This document shows, one piece after another, positions 48,373 to 56,550 of a stretch of 64,000 nucleotides of DNA (the first letter of the stretch is position 1; each line of letters begins with the position of its first letter). The notes below the pieces were generated by a model. It worked only from the letters and a program-made list of their open reading frames with translations, did no database searches and was not told the DNA's origin. Origin of the DNA: an uncultured Mycoplasmatota bacterium (GTDB lineage: Bacteria > Bacillota_I > Bacilli_A > RF39 > UBA660). The stretch lies in contig URLV01000002.1 of NCBI GenBank assembly GCA_900548725.1, positions 2,312 through 66,311 on the forward strand, written 5' to 3'. A program made the translations under genes and the position numbers.

Positions 48373-50580
48373 CTATTTCTTTTCAGAACTTCCTTCTTTT
48401 TTCACTACATTTCTATTAGCAACATGTCTATCATAATTTTCGCCAAAGTCTTTTTGTGAATGTTGTGCTAATTGAGCAGATTCATTACCTAAAGCACCCA
48501 TAAGTCTACCTAACGTAGCAGCATCATCAATACTGTTCTCTTTCCAACCAGTACCTGCAATTTCTTTACCATCTTTATCATATTTAACACCCAAAGCACC
48601 TTTTGAAGCTTCTGAAACGATAGCATTTGCAGCTGATTGAATTGTACCAACATCCACACCTTTAATATTATAATCATCATTTAAATTTTGCAATTCTGTT
48701 TGTGTTTTAGCTTTCAATGCATTACCAACAACATCATTGACAGCTTTTTTCTCAACTTCAACCAGCCTTGATTGAAATTGTTGATATGCTTGATATGCTT
48801 TAGCTTTTTCAGTATCAGTTTTTGCACCAGAAATTGCTTGATATAAACCTTCTTCATATTTATGTAATTGATACAAATTACCAGTTACACCATTAACATC
48901 ATAAGTTTGCTTAGTATCTTCCTTATTCAATGCATCTTTTACAGTAGATTTAATCTTTTTAGCATTTTTCATTGCTTCGTCATTTCTCTTCATTCTCTCA
49001 GTAATATGCCACTTACCTTCTACTTCTCTATTTGCTCGTCTTTCATCTGCATCTGCTACTGTTTCCATACCAACAGCCAATCTAGCCCTGTCAAGTGTTC
49101 TTCCATATAAAGTAGATCCGTTCGCTTTTTCAGTTCTTATTTTATCAATTCCCTTTACAGCTTTATCATAACCACCAGTTGCACCACGAATAGCACCACT
49201 TAATGCTCCACCAACTATTCCACCAAAACCTTTTCCTGTTGTAGCCCCATAGACGCTTGCTCTTGTAGCGTTTGTAAGAGGATTTTCTTTAAGTTTCTTA
49301 AATCCACCTTTAACACTAAATCTTCCACTATTTCCAAAGAATTCTTTAATCAAATCTGGACACTCTTTACCAAATTGTAATATACCAAGGATTATAAATA
49401 CGGTTGCTAACGCTTGTATTACACCATTACTATCAATATCGCCAATACTACTAAATAAAGTTTTAATAACACCAGGAATCAAACTTACAGCAAATAAAGC
49501 AAAATTGATAATTAATAGTCTAATAAATACGTCTAAATACGTATCCTTAACATTTTTAAACCACTTATCAAAAAAAGCTTCTTTTTGTTTAGGAACAATC
49601 CTAAGCATCACAGCAATAGGTGAAAGTATTTGTAATACTCCCAATTTAGCAACACGAACACCAATTTCTATACAATAAGAAAAATACATAATTGCGGCTA
49701 TAACACCTGAAACAATAGCAAATAAAGCATTTAACTCCATTCCTTCTTTTGTATCATCTGTTGCACTATTAATCAAATATTTATCTTTAGTAAATTTTGA
49801 AGTATCGCCAGACAATTTAGAATATTCAACATCATAGTAATAATTAATACAAATTTGTTTATCATCATCAGTTCCAAAATCACCTGAAGCATGATTTTGC
49901 TCAACAAAAGTAACACAATCATCATAAGTAAAATTTGTCGGTCTATAAAAAGCAGACAATATTGTAGGAGCAACTAAATAAGCACCTTTTAATGATTTAA
50001 ACTTCTGAGTTTTTGTATTAAATTTATTACACTCTTGAGTTATTTCGTCTATTTTATTATCGACACCAAAACTTCCCTGACCTTTTATGATACCAGTACC
50101 ACTATAAGTTGCATAATTATCAAATCCATAATCAGAATAATTACAACTAATATCAACATTATCATTACTTCCAACATTATTAAGTATAATACTAGTTATT
50201 ATACCGGAATTAATTATGTTATTTTGAAATACATACATCCAGTTAAATATGGTTGGAAGCAATATTACTAAAACTAATGATATAATAGTTTCTTTAACTA
50301 CTTTAGTAGTACTTCCAGTACTCTTTTTATCATCAGGATTAATAATCATAAGCACAATGTTATACGCAAATATAAATAGCATAGCAATCCCCATAACTAC
50401 ATACATATTACGAGTAATTTGTGTAAAGGTTTCTCTATCAAACAAATTAACTTGAGTTATAGAAACAAACACCTGATACAATAAACCTATTACTCTATAT
50501 AACATATCACACAGCCACAACATCAATAAATTTATAGTTTCTTTAAACCATGACGCAGAACCTAAACTAAATAAATTCAC
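48373..50580 (-). CDS. polytopic VirB6-like channel protein with large C-terminal soluble domain
   Basis: At least 6 predicted TM helices in the first ~420 aa, then a ~300-aa hydrophilic, coiled-coil-like tail. Position matches PrgH/TcpH/ConG/Orf15. Confidence 0.65.
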   Translation of the reverse strand: MNLFSLGSASWFKETINLLMLWLCDMLYRVIGLLYQVFVSITQVNLFDRETFTQITRNMYVVMGIAMLFIFAYNIVLMIINPDDKKSTGSTTKVVKETIISLVLVILLPTIFNWMYVFQNNIINSGIITSIILNNVGSNDNVDISCNYSDYGFDNYATYSGTGIIKGQGSFGVDNKIDEITQECNKFNTKTQKFKSLKGAYLVAPTILSAFYRPTNFTYDDCVTFVEQNHASGDFGTDDDKQICINYYYDVEYSKLSGDTSKFTKDKYLINSATDDTKEGMELNALFAIVSGVIAAIMYFSYCIEIGVRVAKLGVLQILSPIAVMLRIVPKQKEAFFDKWFKNVKDTYLDVFIRLLIINFALFAVSLIPGVIKTLFSSIGDIDSNGVIQALATVFIILGILQFGKECPDLIKEFFGNSGRFSVKGGFKKLKENPLTNATRASVYGATTGKGFGGIVGGALSGAIRGATGGYDKAVKGIDKIRTEKANGSTLYGRTLDRARLAVGMETVADADERRANREVEGKWHITERMKRNDEAMKNAKKIKSTVKDALNKEDTKQTYDVNGVTGNLYQLHKYEEGLYQAISGAKTDTEKAKAYQAYQQFQSRLVEVEKKAVNDVVGNALKAKTQTELQNLNDDYNIKGVDVGTIQSAANAIVSEASKGALGVKYDKDGKEIAGTGWKENSIDDAATLGRLMGALGNESAQLAQHSQKDFGENYDRHVANRNVVKKEGSSEKK

Positions 50581-50590
50581 TAAATATCAC

Positions 50591-50941
50591 CTACTTTACA
50601 CAAACAGTACTATTAACCCCAGCCATATCTAAAAACATATTAATTAATACTGGTAAGAAAAAGAATATAACCGCTAATATTAATCTTTTAAGAAAAGTTT
50701 GATATGCTTTTTTAACGTCTTTTGCTTCTTTACTAGTTATAGCTTTAACAAAATCATAACTACTTAATCCAATAACAAGTAAAGGTATAATAATTTTTAA
50801 TAAATCAAATAAATTTTGTAAATCTTGTAAAGCATCACCCCATGCATTGCATTGTATACTGTCAGCAAATACAATAGTTTTAAAACCAAACATAACTAAA
50901 TATAAGCATAAAATTAATTTAACTATTCTTTTCTTTTTCAT
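50591..50941 (-). CDS. pilin-like (VirB2/TrbC-style) hairpin membrane protein, copy 2
   Basis: Signal peptide MKKKRIVKLILCLYLVMFGFKTIVFA, then a TM-loop-TM unit LLKIIIPLLVIGLSSYDFVKAI...KRLILAVIFFFLPVLI. GAGGAA RBS before ATG 50941. Confidence 0.6.
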   Translation of the reverse strand: MKKKRIVKLILCLYLVMFGFKTIVFADSIQCNAWGDALQDLQNLFDLLKIIIPLLVIGLSSYDFVKAITSKEAKDVKKAYQTFLKRLILAVIFFFLPVLINMFLDMAGVNSTVCVK

Positions 50942-51014
50942 ATATTTCCTCATTCTAAATATTACATTTATACTAATAAAGTATATCATAAAAAAAAACA
51001 ACAGTAAAGTTGTT

Positions 51015-51368
51015 TTAATTACATTTTGTTAATGGACTCAAGAAACAATCTTTACATGATTGGAATGATGAAGCATCATCAGCGTATCCTCTAGCAAATG
51101 TTTCAAAAATATAGAATATTATACTAGGTATTAAGAATATAACAATACCAGCAACTACTCTCATAAGTAATCTCTTAGTTTGTTTCTTTATCTCGTCATC
51201 CTTATCAGCAACAACTGCTTTACCAAAGTCAAATATACCTAATGCGACTATTAATATTGGAATAGCAATTTTAAATATTAAAATAATTCCTCCTATTAAT
51301 TGAATTATATCTTTAGTACTATTACAAAAAGAACTAACGTCAAATGCACCTAAACTTAATAAATTCAT
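51015..51368 (-). CDS. pilin-like (VirB2/TrbC-style) hairpin membrane protein, copy 1
   Basis: IFKIAIPILIVALGIFDFGKAVV...MRVVAGIVIFLIPSII. Same TM-loop-TM unit as 50591-50941 and as the C-terminus of 53412-54695. Confidence 0.6.
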   Translation of the reverse strand: MNLLSLGAFDVSSFCNSTKDIIQLIGGIILIFKIAIPILIVALGIFDFGKAVVADKDDEIKKQTKRLLMRVVAGIVIFLIPSIIFYIFETFARGYADDASSFQSCKDCFLSPLTKCN

Positions 51369-51430
51369 AATATACCTCTTCTTTCTTTATATCTCTATTT
51401 TAAAAAATATCTTATCTAATGTCAATAAAT

Positions 51431-52465
51431 TTATCTAAATTTACTAAACAAACCATGTTTTTTTACTTCTTTATTACATTTTGTATATCCTAATTTAACT
51501 AATAATCTATCAACACTAATTACTCTATCTATATTATCTCTAAAGTTAGAAACAACACTAAATATCTTACATTTAGTTTCTACTTCAAATTCACTTATAT
51601 TACTATCATCCATATTTGTTCTATTAAGTACTATTTTACTACCACTTAATTCTTCAAATATTTTACCATTTCTTTTAAGTAATTTAGTTATCTTAATGGT
51701 ACCAGGTTCCATTAAATAAATTATATCATTACAAAATTCTTTCGAATCATATTCATTCAAATCAACTATAACAGCATCTACATCTTGATGTTCTTTAATT
51801 TTTCTAAGTACATCATCCCTATTAGTACAAGAATAAATACTAGGAGTATTAAAGAATACAAAATCCTGTTTATTCATTTCTATCCCAATGGCTTTATAAT
51901 AAATATTTAATTGTTTAATCATCTGTACAACTAATGTAGTAGCTCCAGCATGCTCAGTTAAATTAACTACACCTATTATTTTTTTATTACCATCATATTC
52001 TCCAGGCAATGTAAAATCTTCAAATGTAAATTCTTTATTTTCTTGATTTATACCTAATTCACTATCAATTTCTTTATTTATATCATAATTACTTTTACTT
52101 ATTTGTAAATTACTTACATCATTATAAGTTTTAGGATTATTAAATAATTCTAAAATTTCATTATAATTAATAGTAAAATTATATACTCCTAAAGTAACTA
52201 AATCACTTATATATTCCTTATTATTAGTACTTTCATTCAAATATAGTATTACTTTATTACCATCTATATTACTAAATAATCTCTTTAAGTTACTATAATC
52301 ATGATAATCTTTTATACTAGTAACATCTAATATCATTTTATTAAAGAAAAAATTAGTAAACATACCTATTAATTCTTCAACACTATATACACCTTCAACA
52401 CTCTTTATTACATCAATAGTTAAATTATTTAATTCTTTTCTTTCATTACATACTATAACATTCAT
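51431..52465 (-). CDS. hypothetical cytoplasmic protein, possibly a degenerate ParA/MinD/TadZ-like P-loop fold
   Basis: KKIIGVVNLTEHAGATTLVVQMIKQL occupies the position of a KGGxGKTT Walker A but lacks both lysines. Later DAVIVDLN is Walker-B-like. The ~150-aa N-terminal domain is of unknown type. Confidence 0.35.
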   Translation of the reverse strand: MNVIVCNERKELNNLTIDVIKSVEGVYSVEELIGMFTNFFFNKMILDVTSIKDYHDYSNLKRLFSNIDGNKVILYLNESTNNKEYISDLVTLGVYNFTINYNEILELFNNPKTYNDVSNLQISKSNYDINKEIDSELGINQENKEFTFEDFTLPGEYDGNKKIIGVVNLTEHAGATTLVVQMIKQLNIYYKAIGIEMNKQDFVFFNTPSIYSCTNRDDVLRKIKEHQDVDAVIVDLNEYDSKEFCNDIIYLMEPGTIKITKLLKRNGKIFEELSGSKIVLNRTNMDDSNISEFEVETKCKIFSVVSNFRDNIDRVISVDRLLVKLGYTKCNKEVKKHGLFSKFR

Positions 52466-52476
52466 AACTATATCTC

Positions 52477-52956
52477 CTAACTACAAGTTCTTGAAGCACT
52501 TTCATCTTTAGCATAATATATTGATTCTGTTTCACCTTTTATTTTAAATGTTGTTAAGTTACCAATAACAGGTAAATCTACCCTAAAAAATACCATCACT
52601 CTATAATACGATTTATCTATATCAGTATTACTTCCAGTATTATCTTTAGCAACACAGTAATATCCTTTATTACTTCCAGTAACCTCATTTCCATTTAAAT
52701 CATAAGGTATATAATCAACACCATCAACATTAGTACACTCACCAGTAACCAAATAACCAACATCATTTAAATATTTACCAATATTTTTTCTAGCATTACA
52801 ATTATTACCTTCATATTTACTAATTAAATCTACTACGTTATTTTTTACATTAAACGCTTTACTATAATTTACGGAAATAGCCAAAAAAGAGGCAAAGAAC
52901 ACTATAAATGTTATTACCAACCCAAATAGCCAAGTTCCTCCAATTGCCTCTCTCAT
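52477..52956 (-). CDS. small exported/anchored protein with N-terminal hydrophobic helix and 4 Cys
   Basis: MREAIGGTWLFGLVITFIVFFASFLAI... followed by a ~125-aa hydrophilic domain. Confidence 0.5.
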   Translation of the reverse strand: MREAIGGTWLFGLVITFIVFFASFLAISVNYSKAFNVKNNVVDLISKYEGNNCNARKNIGKYLNDVGYLVTGECTNVDGVDYIPYDLNGNEVTGSNKGYYCVAKDNTGSNTDIDKSYYRVMVFFRVDLPVIGNLTTFKIKGETESIYYAKDESASRTCS

Positions 52957-52973
52957 ATTTTATTACCTCACTT

Positions 52974-53264
52974 TTATCTAGAAAAAATTATCATTCCACC
53001 AGTTGAAGTTCCAGTAGCTGTTTTATCCTTATCATCACAATATACCGTACCGGTTGTAGAACATGTATCATTTGTACAATATTCACACTTCATCTTTCCA
53101 CTATTACCATCAGGAGAACAATTAAAAGCTTGCGCACAATTAGTACTAGCAGTAATCCCTCTTTTTATACTAGGCCAAATCAATGTTGTAAACAACACTC
53201 CTACTGCTGCTATTGCAACTACTGCTACTGCAGTCATACTTAATTCTCCACTTGCTTCTTTCAT
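52974..53264 (-). CDS. small protein: N-terminal Ala/Val-rich hydrophobic helix + 6-Cys C-terminal domain
   Basis: MKEASGELSMTAVAVVAIAAVGVLFTT... The start is probably ATG 53264 (GAAAGGA RBS), downstream of an internal promoter. Confidence 0.5.
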   Translation of the reverse strand: MKEASGELSMTAVAVVAIAAVGVLFTTLIWPSIKRGITASTNCAQAFNCSPDGNSGKMKCEYCTNDTCSTTGTVYCDDKDKTATGTSTGGMIIFSR

Positions 53265-53298
53265 ATATATCATATCCTTTCTTATTATATCTATAAAA

Positions 53299-53326
53299 AT
53301 TATATCAAATATAATCAAGTTTGCAA
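53299..53326 (-). promoter_or_regulatory. internal promoter of the T4SS core genes
   Basis: Minus strand: TTGCAA (53326-53321), 16-nt spacer, TATAAT (53304-53299), directly after an intrinsic terminator. Confidence 0.55.
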
Positions 53327-53380
53327 TATTTTAATGTAAAGTTTTTAAAAAAATATGTAAAATAATAAAATTAATGTTTT

Positions 53381-53403
53381 AAAAAAAGAGATATCTCTAT
53401 CTC
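53381..53403 (-). terminator. intrinsic terminator between the adhesin genes and the T4SS core genes
   Basis: Minus strand: GAGATA-GAGA-TATCTC hairpin followed by TTTTTTT, 9 nt after the stop at 53412. Confidence 0.6.
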
Positions 53404-53411
53404 ATTCATCA

Positions 53412-54695
53412 TTATCTAGAACCTCCACCAGTTCCACCACCAGAATAGCCACTACCTCCAGTTTCACTAGCAGATCCACCAGTTCCTTGTACTCTACCTG
53501 CAGTAGTTGTTGTGGTATTTCTATTTAAATATTCCTCATTCTCATTCACACTACAAACTTGTCCATTTAACGGATCTAATAAACAATTTGCACATATTTT
53601 ATAATCTTCTTTTTCAGTAACTTCTTCTAAATTAGAACTTATCTTAAAGAACGCTCCAACAATTGTTGGTAAAAAGAATATTGTCAATCCCCCAACAATT
53701 CTCCAAACTAATATTCTAAGTTGTTTTCCTAAAGCTTTATCATCTTGTCCATAAACAGCTTTAAAAATATCAAAGGATCCCATAATAATTATTATTAAAG
53801 GAATACAAATTTTAGCAATCATAAGTACATATCCAAATAATCTAAATACTTTTTTCACATCATCTTCCTGACAAGGCTTACTTGCAACATTCTCTTTCTT
53901 ATTTAAAACACAAGTAATTCCATCTTTAGAAACGTAACCTTCTGGACATTCTCCTGTTGTAGAATCAACTTTTTTACCATTACTATTACTGTTATTAACT
54001 TTCTCTGCATATAGAGTATAAAGACTTCCATCCCTTTTAATATTAAAATAATTTTTACTAACATTACAATTAAAGAAGTCGTCAACATTACTAGAATTAA
54101 TAGTAAATGAAACTTTTTCAGACACACTAGATCTAATAATTTCAGTTGGAACAGTTAAAACATCTGTTCCACTAAATGCTAAATTATCACCATACGTTTT
54201 ACCATCATATGTTACCGTAAATTTTCTAATACCACTACCAGAAGTTATAAATTTAAAATAAATACTATATGTAGACTTTATTTCTAAATCTAAATCATTC
54301 ATATTTATATTATTATTATAATTCGTATTTTTATTTAAACTAAGTTCACAAATATTTTCTTTTGAATCTTTATCGTATCCATTAAGCTTTAAAACTTCAG
54401 AGGAAGTATCTATTTCATCAGTCGTATCACCCAATTTATGCAAAAATACACTACCTGATTTTCCTATAGATAAATATTCATAACATTTATCAACATTTTT
54501 AAGATTTGACTTTTTATTATAACTTTTACCTTTATATTTCTTTACAGTAATTTTTTTTCCATCAGTTTCATACGATGCAGTAGTTTTACCATCTTTTGAT
54601 TTATATGAGCAAGTTTCTGCATAAACACTCTTATTTACAATAAAGAAACTAAACAAAGCAATAATAAATAGAAATATTTTTTTATTCATATTCAT
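53412..54695 (-). CDS. secreted ~280-aa ectodomain fused to a C-terminal pilin-like TM hairpin (copy 3) and a Gly/Ser tail
   Basis: Signal peptide ...IVNKSVYA. C-terminus IAKICIPLIIIIMGSFDIFKAVY...WRIVGGLTIFFLPTIV, then CANCLLDPLNGQVC and GGSGYSGGGTGGGSR. Start ambiguous (54689, 54695 or 54707). Confidence 0.6.
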   Translation of the reverse strand: MNMNKKIFLFIIALFSFFIVNKSVYAETCSYKSKDGKTTASYETDGKKITVKKYKGKSYNKKSNLKNVDKCYEYLSIGKSGSVFLHKLGDTTDEIDTSSEVLKLNGYDKDSKENICELSLNKNTNYNNNINMNDLDLEIKSTYSIYFKFITSGSGIRKFTVTYDGKTYGDNLAFSGTDVLTVPTEIIRSSVSEKVSFTINSSNVDDFFNCNVSKNYFNIKRDGSLYTLYAEKVNNSNSNGKKVDSTTGECPEGYVSKDGITCVLNKKENVASKPCQEDDVKKVFRLFGYVLMIAKICIPLIIIIMGSFDIFKAVYGQDDKALGKQLRILVWRIVGGLTIFFLPTIVGAFFKISSNLEEVTEKEDYKICANCLLDPLNGQVCSVNENEEYLNRNTTTTTAGRVQGTGGSASETGGSGYSGGGTGGGSR

Positions 54696-55794
54696 ATTTA
54701 TCACCACTCTTACTTAATACAAATTTTTTATATATATAATAAGCACCAGCTAATATAGATAATATTAAAACAATTATAAATAATATTTTTATAAAATTAG
54801 ATTTTTTCTTAACTCTAATATTTATATTATATTTATTAACAGTAACTCCATCTTCTGCAGTAACACTTATAATAACTTTACTTCCATCTTTTAAATTATT
54901 ATTTCCACTAACGTCTGTAATTTTAGCATTTTTATCTTCTGCTTCCATAGACATATCTAACTCATTAACGCCACTATCAATAATTAATGTATAATCAAAT
55001 TTATTAGAATTAAATTCTATATCATAGTCATTTATAATTAGTGATTTTAATTTAGCATTACTTGATAATTTAGTTTCTTCAACTTTTTTTACAGTTATTT
55101 TATATTGATTAGTACTACCATCACTACCAGTAACAATTATACTAATTACACTTCCATTAACAATATTACTATTACCAGTTATATCGACTTTACTGTTACT
55201 ATCAGCAGGAACTGCATTAACGTTTATAGAATTAACATTACTTTCTACTTCTATTTGATACTCATTTATATCACTATTAAATTCTATATTTCCAATTGAT
55301 AATGTTAATGAAGCTAATTTTGTATTAACAACAATTTGCGTTGTTGTAGTTTGAGTAGTAGTTGTTGTTGACTTAGTTGTATTATATCTTTTTCTAGTAG
55401 TTGTAGTATAAAAACTTTCTCCATTACTTTTTCTAGAACAATCATAATACATTAAAACTGAACAATATTTTACAATAGAATTATTCTTTTCCGAACTTGT
55501 ACATGATAAATTATCACATCCATTTTTTTCCATTTTTACATAAGGATTAATATTTCCATTAGAACAAGTCACTCTATTATTATTATAATATTTAGTTTTA
55601 CTATCTCTACATTTATATTCCATACAATGACCAAAATAAATATCTTTATTTATACTTATACTACTATCTTGATATTTGCTTGTACATTCATTTAAATTGC
55701 CACCTGAATACACAGAACTACTTGCAGTTCTTGCATTTACAAATAGTGGTAAACTTACTAACATTATTACAAACAACAAAACTTTTTTATACAT
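54682..55794 (-). CDS. surface protein: Cys-rich N-domain, Thr-rich linker, two cadherin-like beta-sandwich repeats, C-terminal TM anchor
   Basis: Signal peptide. The repeats LASLTLSIGNIEFNSDINEYQIEV...YKITVKK and LKSLIINDYDIEFNSNKFDYTLII...YNINIRVKK fit the cadherin-like (PF12733-type) pattern. No LPXTG. Confidence 0.65.
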   Translation of the reverse strand: MYKKVLLFVIMLVSLPLFVNARTASSSVYSGGNLNECTSKYQDSSISINKDIYFGHCMEYKCRDSKTKYYNNNRVTCSNGNINPYVKMEKNGCDNLSCTSSEKNNSIVKYCSVLMYYDCSRKSNGESFYTTTTRKRYNTTKSTTTTTQTTTTQIVVNTKLASLTLSIGNIEFNSDINEYQIEVESNVNSINVNAVPADSNSKVDITGNSNIVNGSVISIIVTGSDGSTNQYKITVKKVEETKLSSNAKLKSLIINDYDIEFNSNKFDYTLIIDSGVNELDMSMEAEDKNAKITDVSGNNNLKDGSKVIISVTAEDGVTVNKYNINIRVKKKSNFIKILFIIVLILSILAGAYYIYKKFVLSKSGDKYEYE

Positions 55795-55805
55795 AATAAC
55801 ACTCC

Positions 55806-55835
55806 TTAAAAAAGAAGATAATACGATTATCTTCT
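55806..55835 (-). terminator. hairpin + T-run inside the adhesin gene set (terminator or attenuator)
   Basis: Minus strand: AGAAGATAAT-CGT-ATTATCTTCT followed by TTTTT, running directly into the AAGGAG RBS of the 370-aa ORF. Confidence 0.5.
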
Positions 55836-55888
55836 ACATTTATTAATCATATTCTATATAAATATGATATACCATTTTTATTATAAAA

Positions 55889-56536
55889 TCAAATGTTTTT
55901 AAACAAATTATATTTTTTTACACACATCATGAATATACCAGATATCAGTGCAACTAACCCTAATACAATGAAATATGCTGTAACACCAGTTTGTTCTTGA
56001 TTTACAGTAGATGATGAATTGTAATTAGAATTAGTAGAAGGCGTAGTAGTTGTTGTACTTCCACTACCATTTCCATTATCAGTTAATTCAATATACGTTC
56101 CTTTAGATTCATTAGTACATACAACTTGATAATCTTCACTCCAATATCCATCTCCAGTATAATTTAATGATGAATTTTTAGTTTTATCAAATCTATCTTT
56201 TCCACTAGCAGCTAATTGATAAACTATATATTTTTCACCTGTAGAACAAGTGACACTTTTATTTAATGCATTTTTTAACGAATCATCATTACTAGCAGCA
56301 TATGTATTAGTACAACTACTACCAGTACATACCGCCTTACCATATAAGGTAACATTAGCACTACTATATGTTTCTGAAGAAGAAAGTGTAATTTTTTGCA
56401 AACCTTGATTATATTTAGACTTCAATTCTTCAAAATTACTTTGCGTACTATCAGCATTGGTTGCCGCAAATACATTAATTTGCAAACAACTAATTACAAT
56501 CACTAAAGTAAACAATTTAAAAATTATCTTTTTCAT
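55889..56536 (-). CDS. secreted protein with C-terminal sorting-signal-like tail
   Basis: Start at ATG 56536 (GAGGTG RBS) gives the signal peptide MKKIIFKLFTLVIVISCLQINVFA. C-terminus EQTGV followed by a TM segment and KKYNLFKNI, parallel to the tail of 2783-4171. Confidence 0.6.
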   Translation of the reverse strand: MKKIIFKLFTLVIVISCLQINVFAATNADSTQSNFEELKSKYNQGLQKITLSSSETYSSANVTLYGKAVCTGSSCTNTYAASNDDSLKNALNKSVTCSTGEKYIVYQLAASGKDRFDKTKNSSLNYTGDGYWSEDYQVVCTNESKGTYIELTDNGNGSGSTTTTTPSTNSNYNSSSTVNQEQTGVTAYFIVLGLVALISGIFMMCVKKYNLFKNI

Positions 56537-56550
56537 ATTTAACACCTCTA

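Noticed and set aside
52974-53318. Calling the small Cys-rich protein a bona fide Flp or type IV pilin
   Set aside because: It has no GxxxxEY motif, no G/FTLxE motif and no Glu at +5. Only the general shape (polar leader, Gly, hydrophobic helix) fits, so it is kept as a low-confidence hypothesis.
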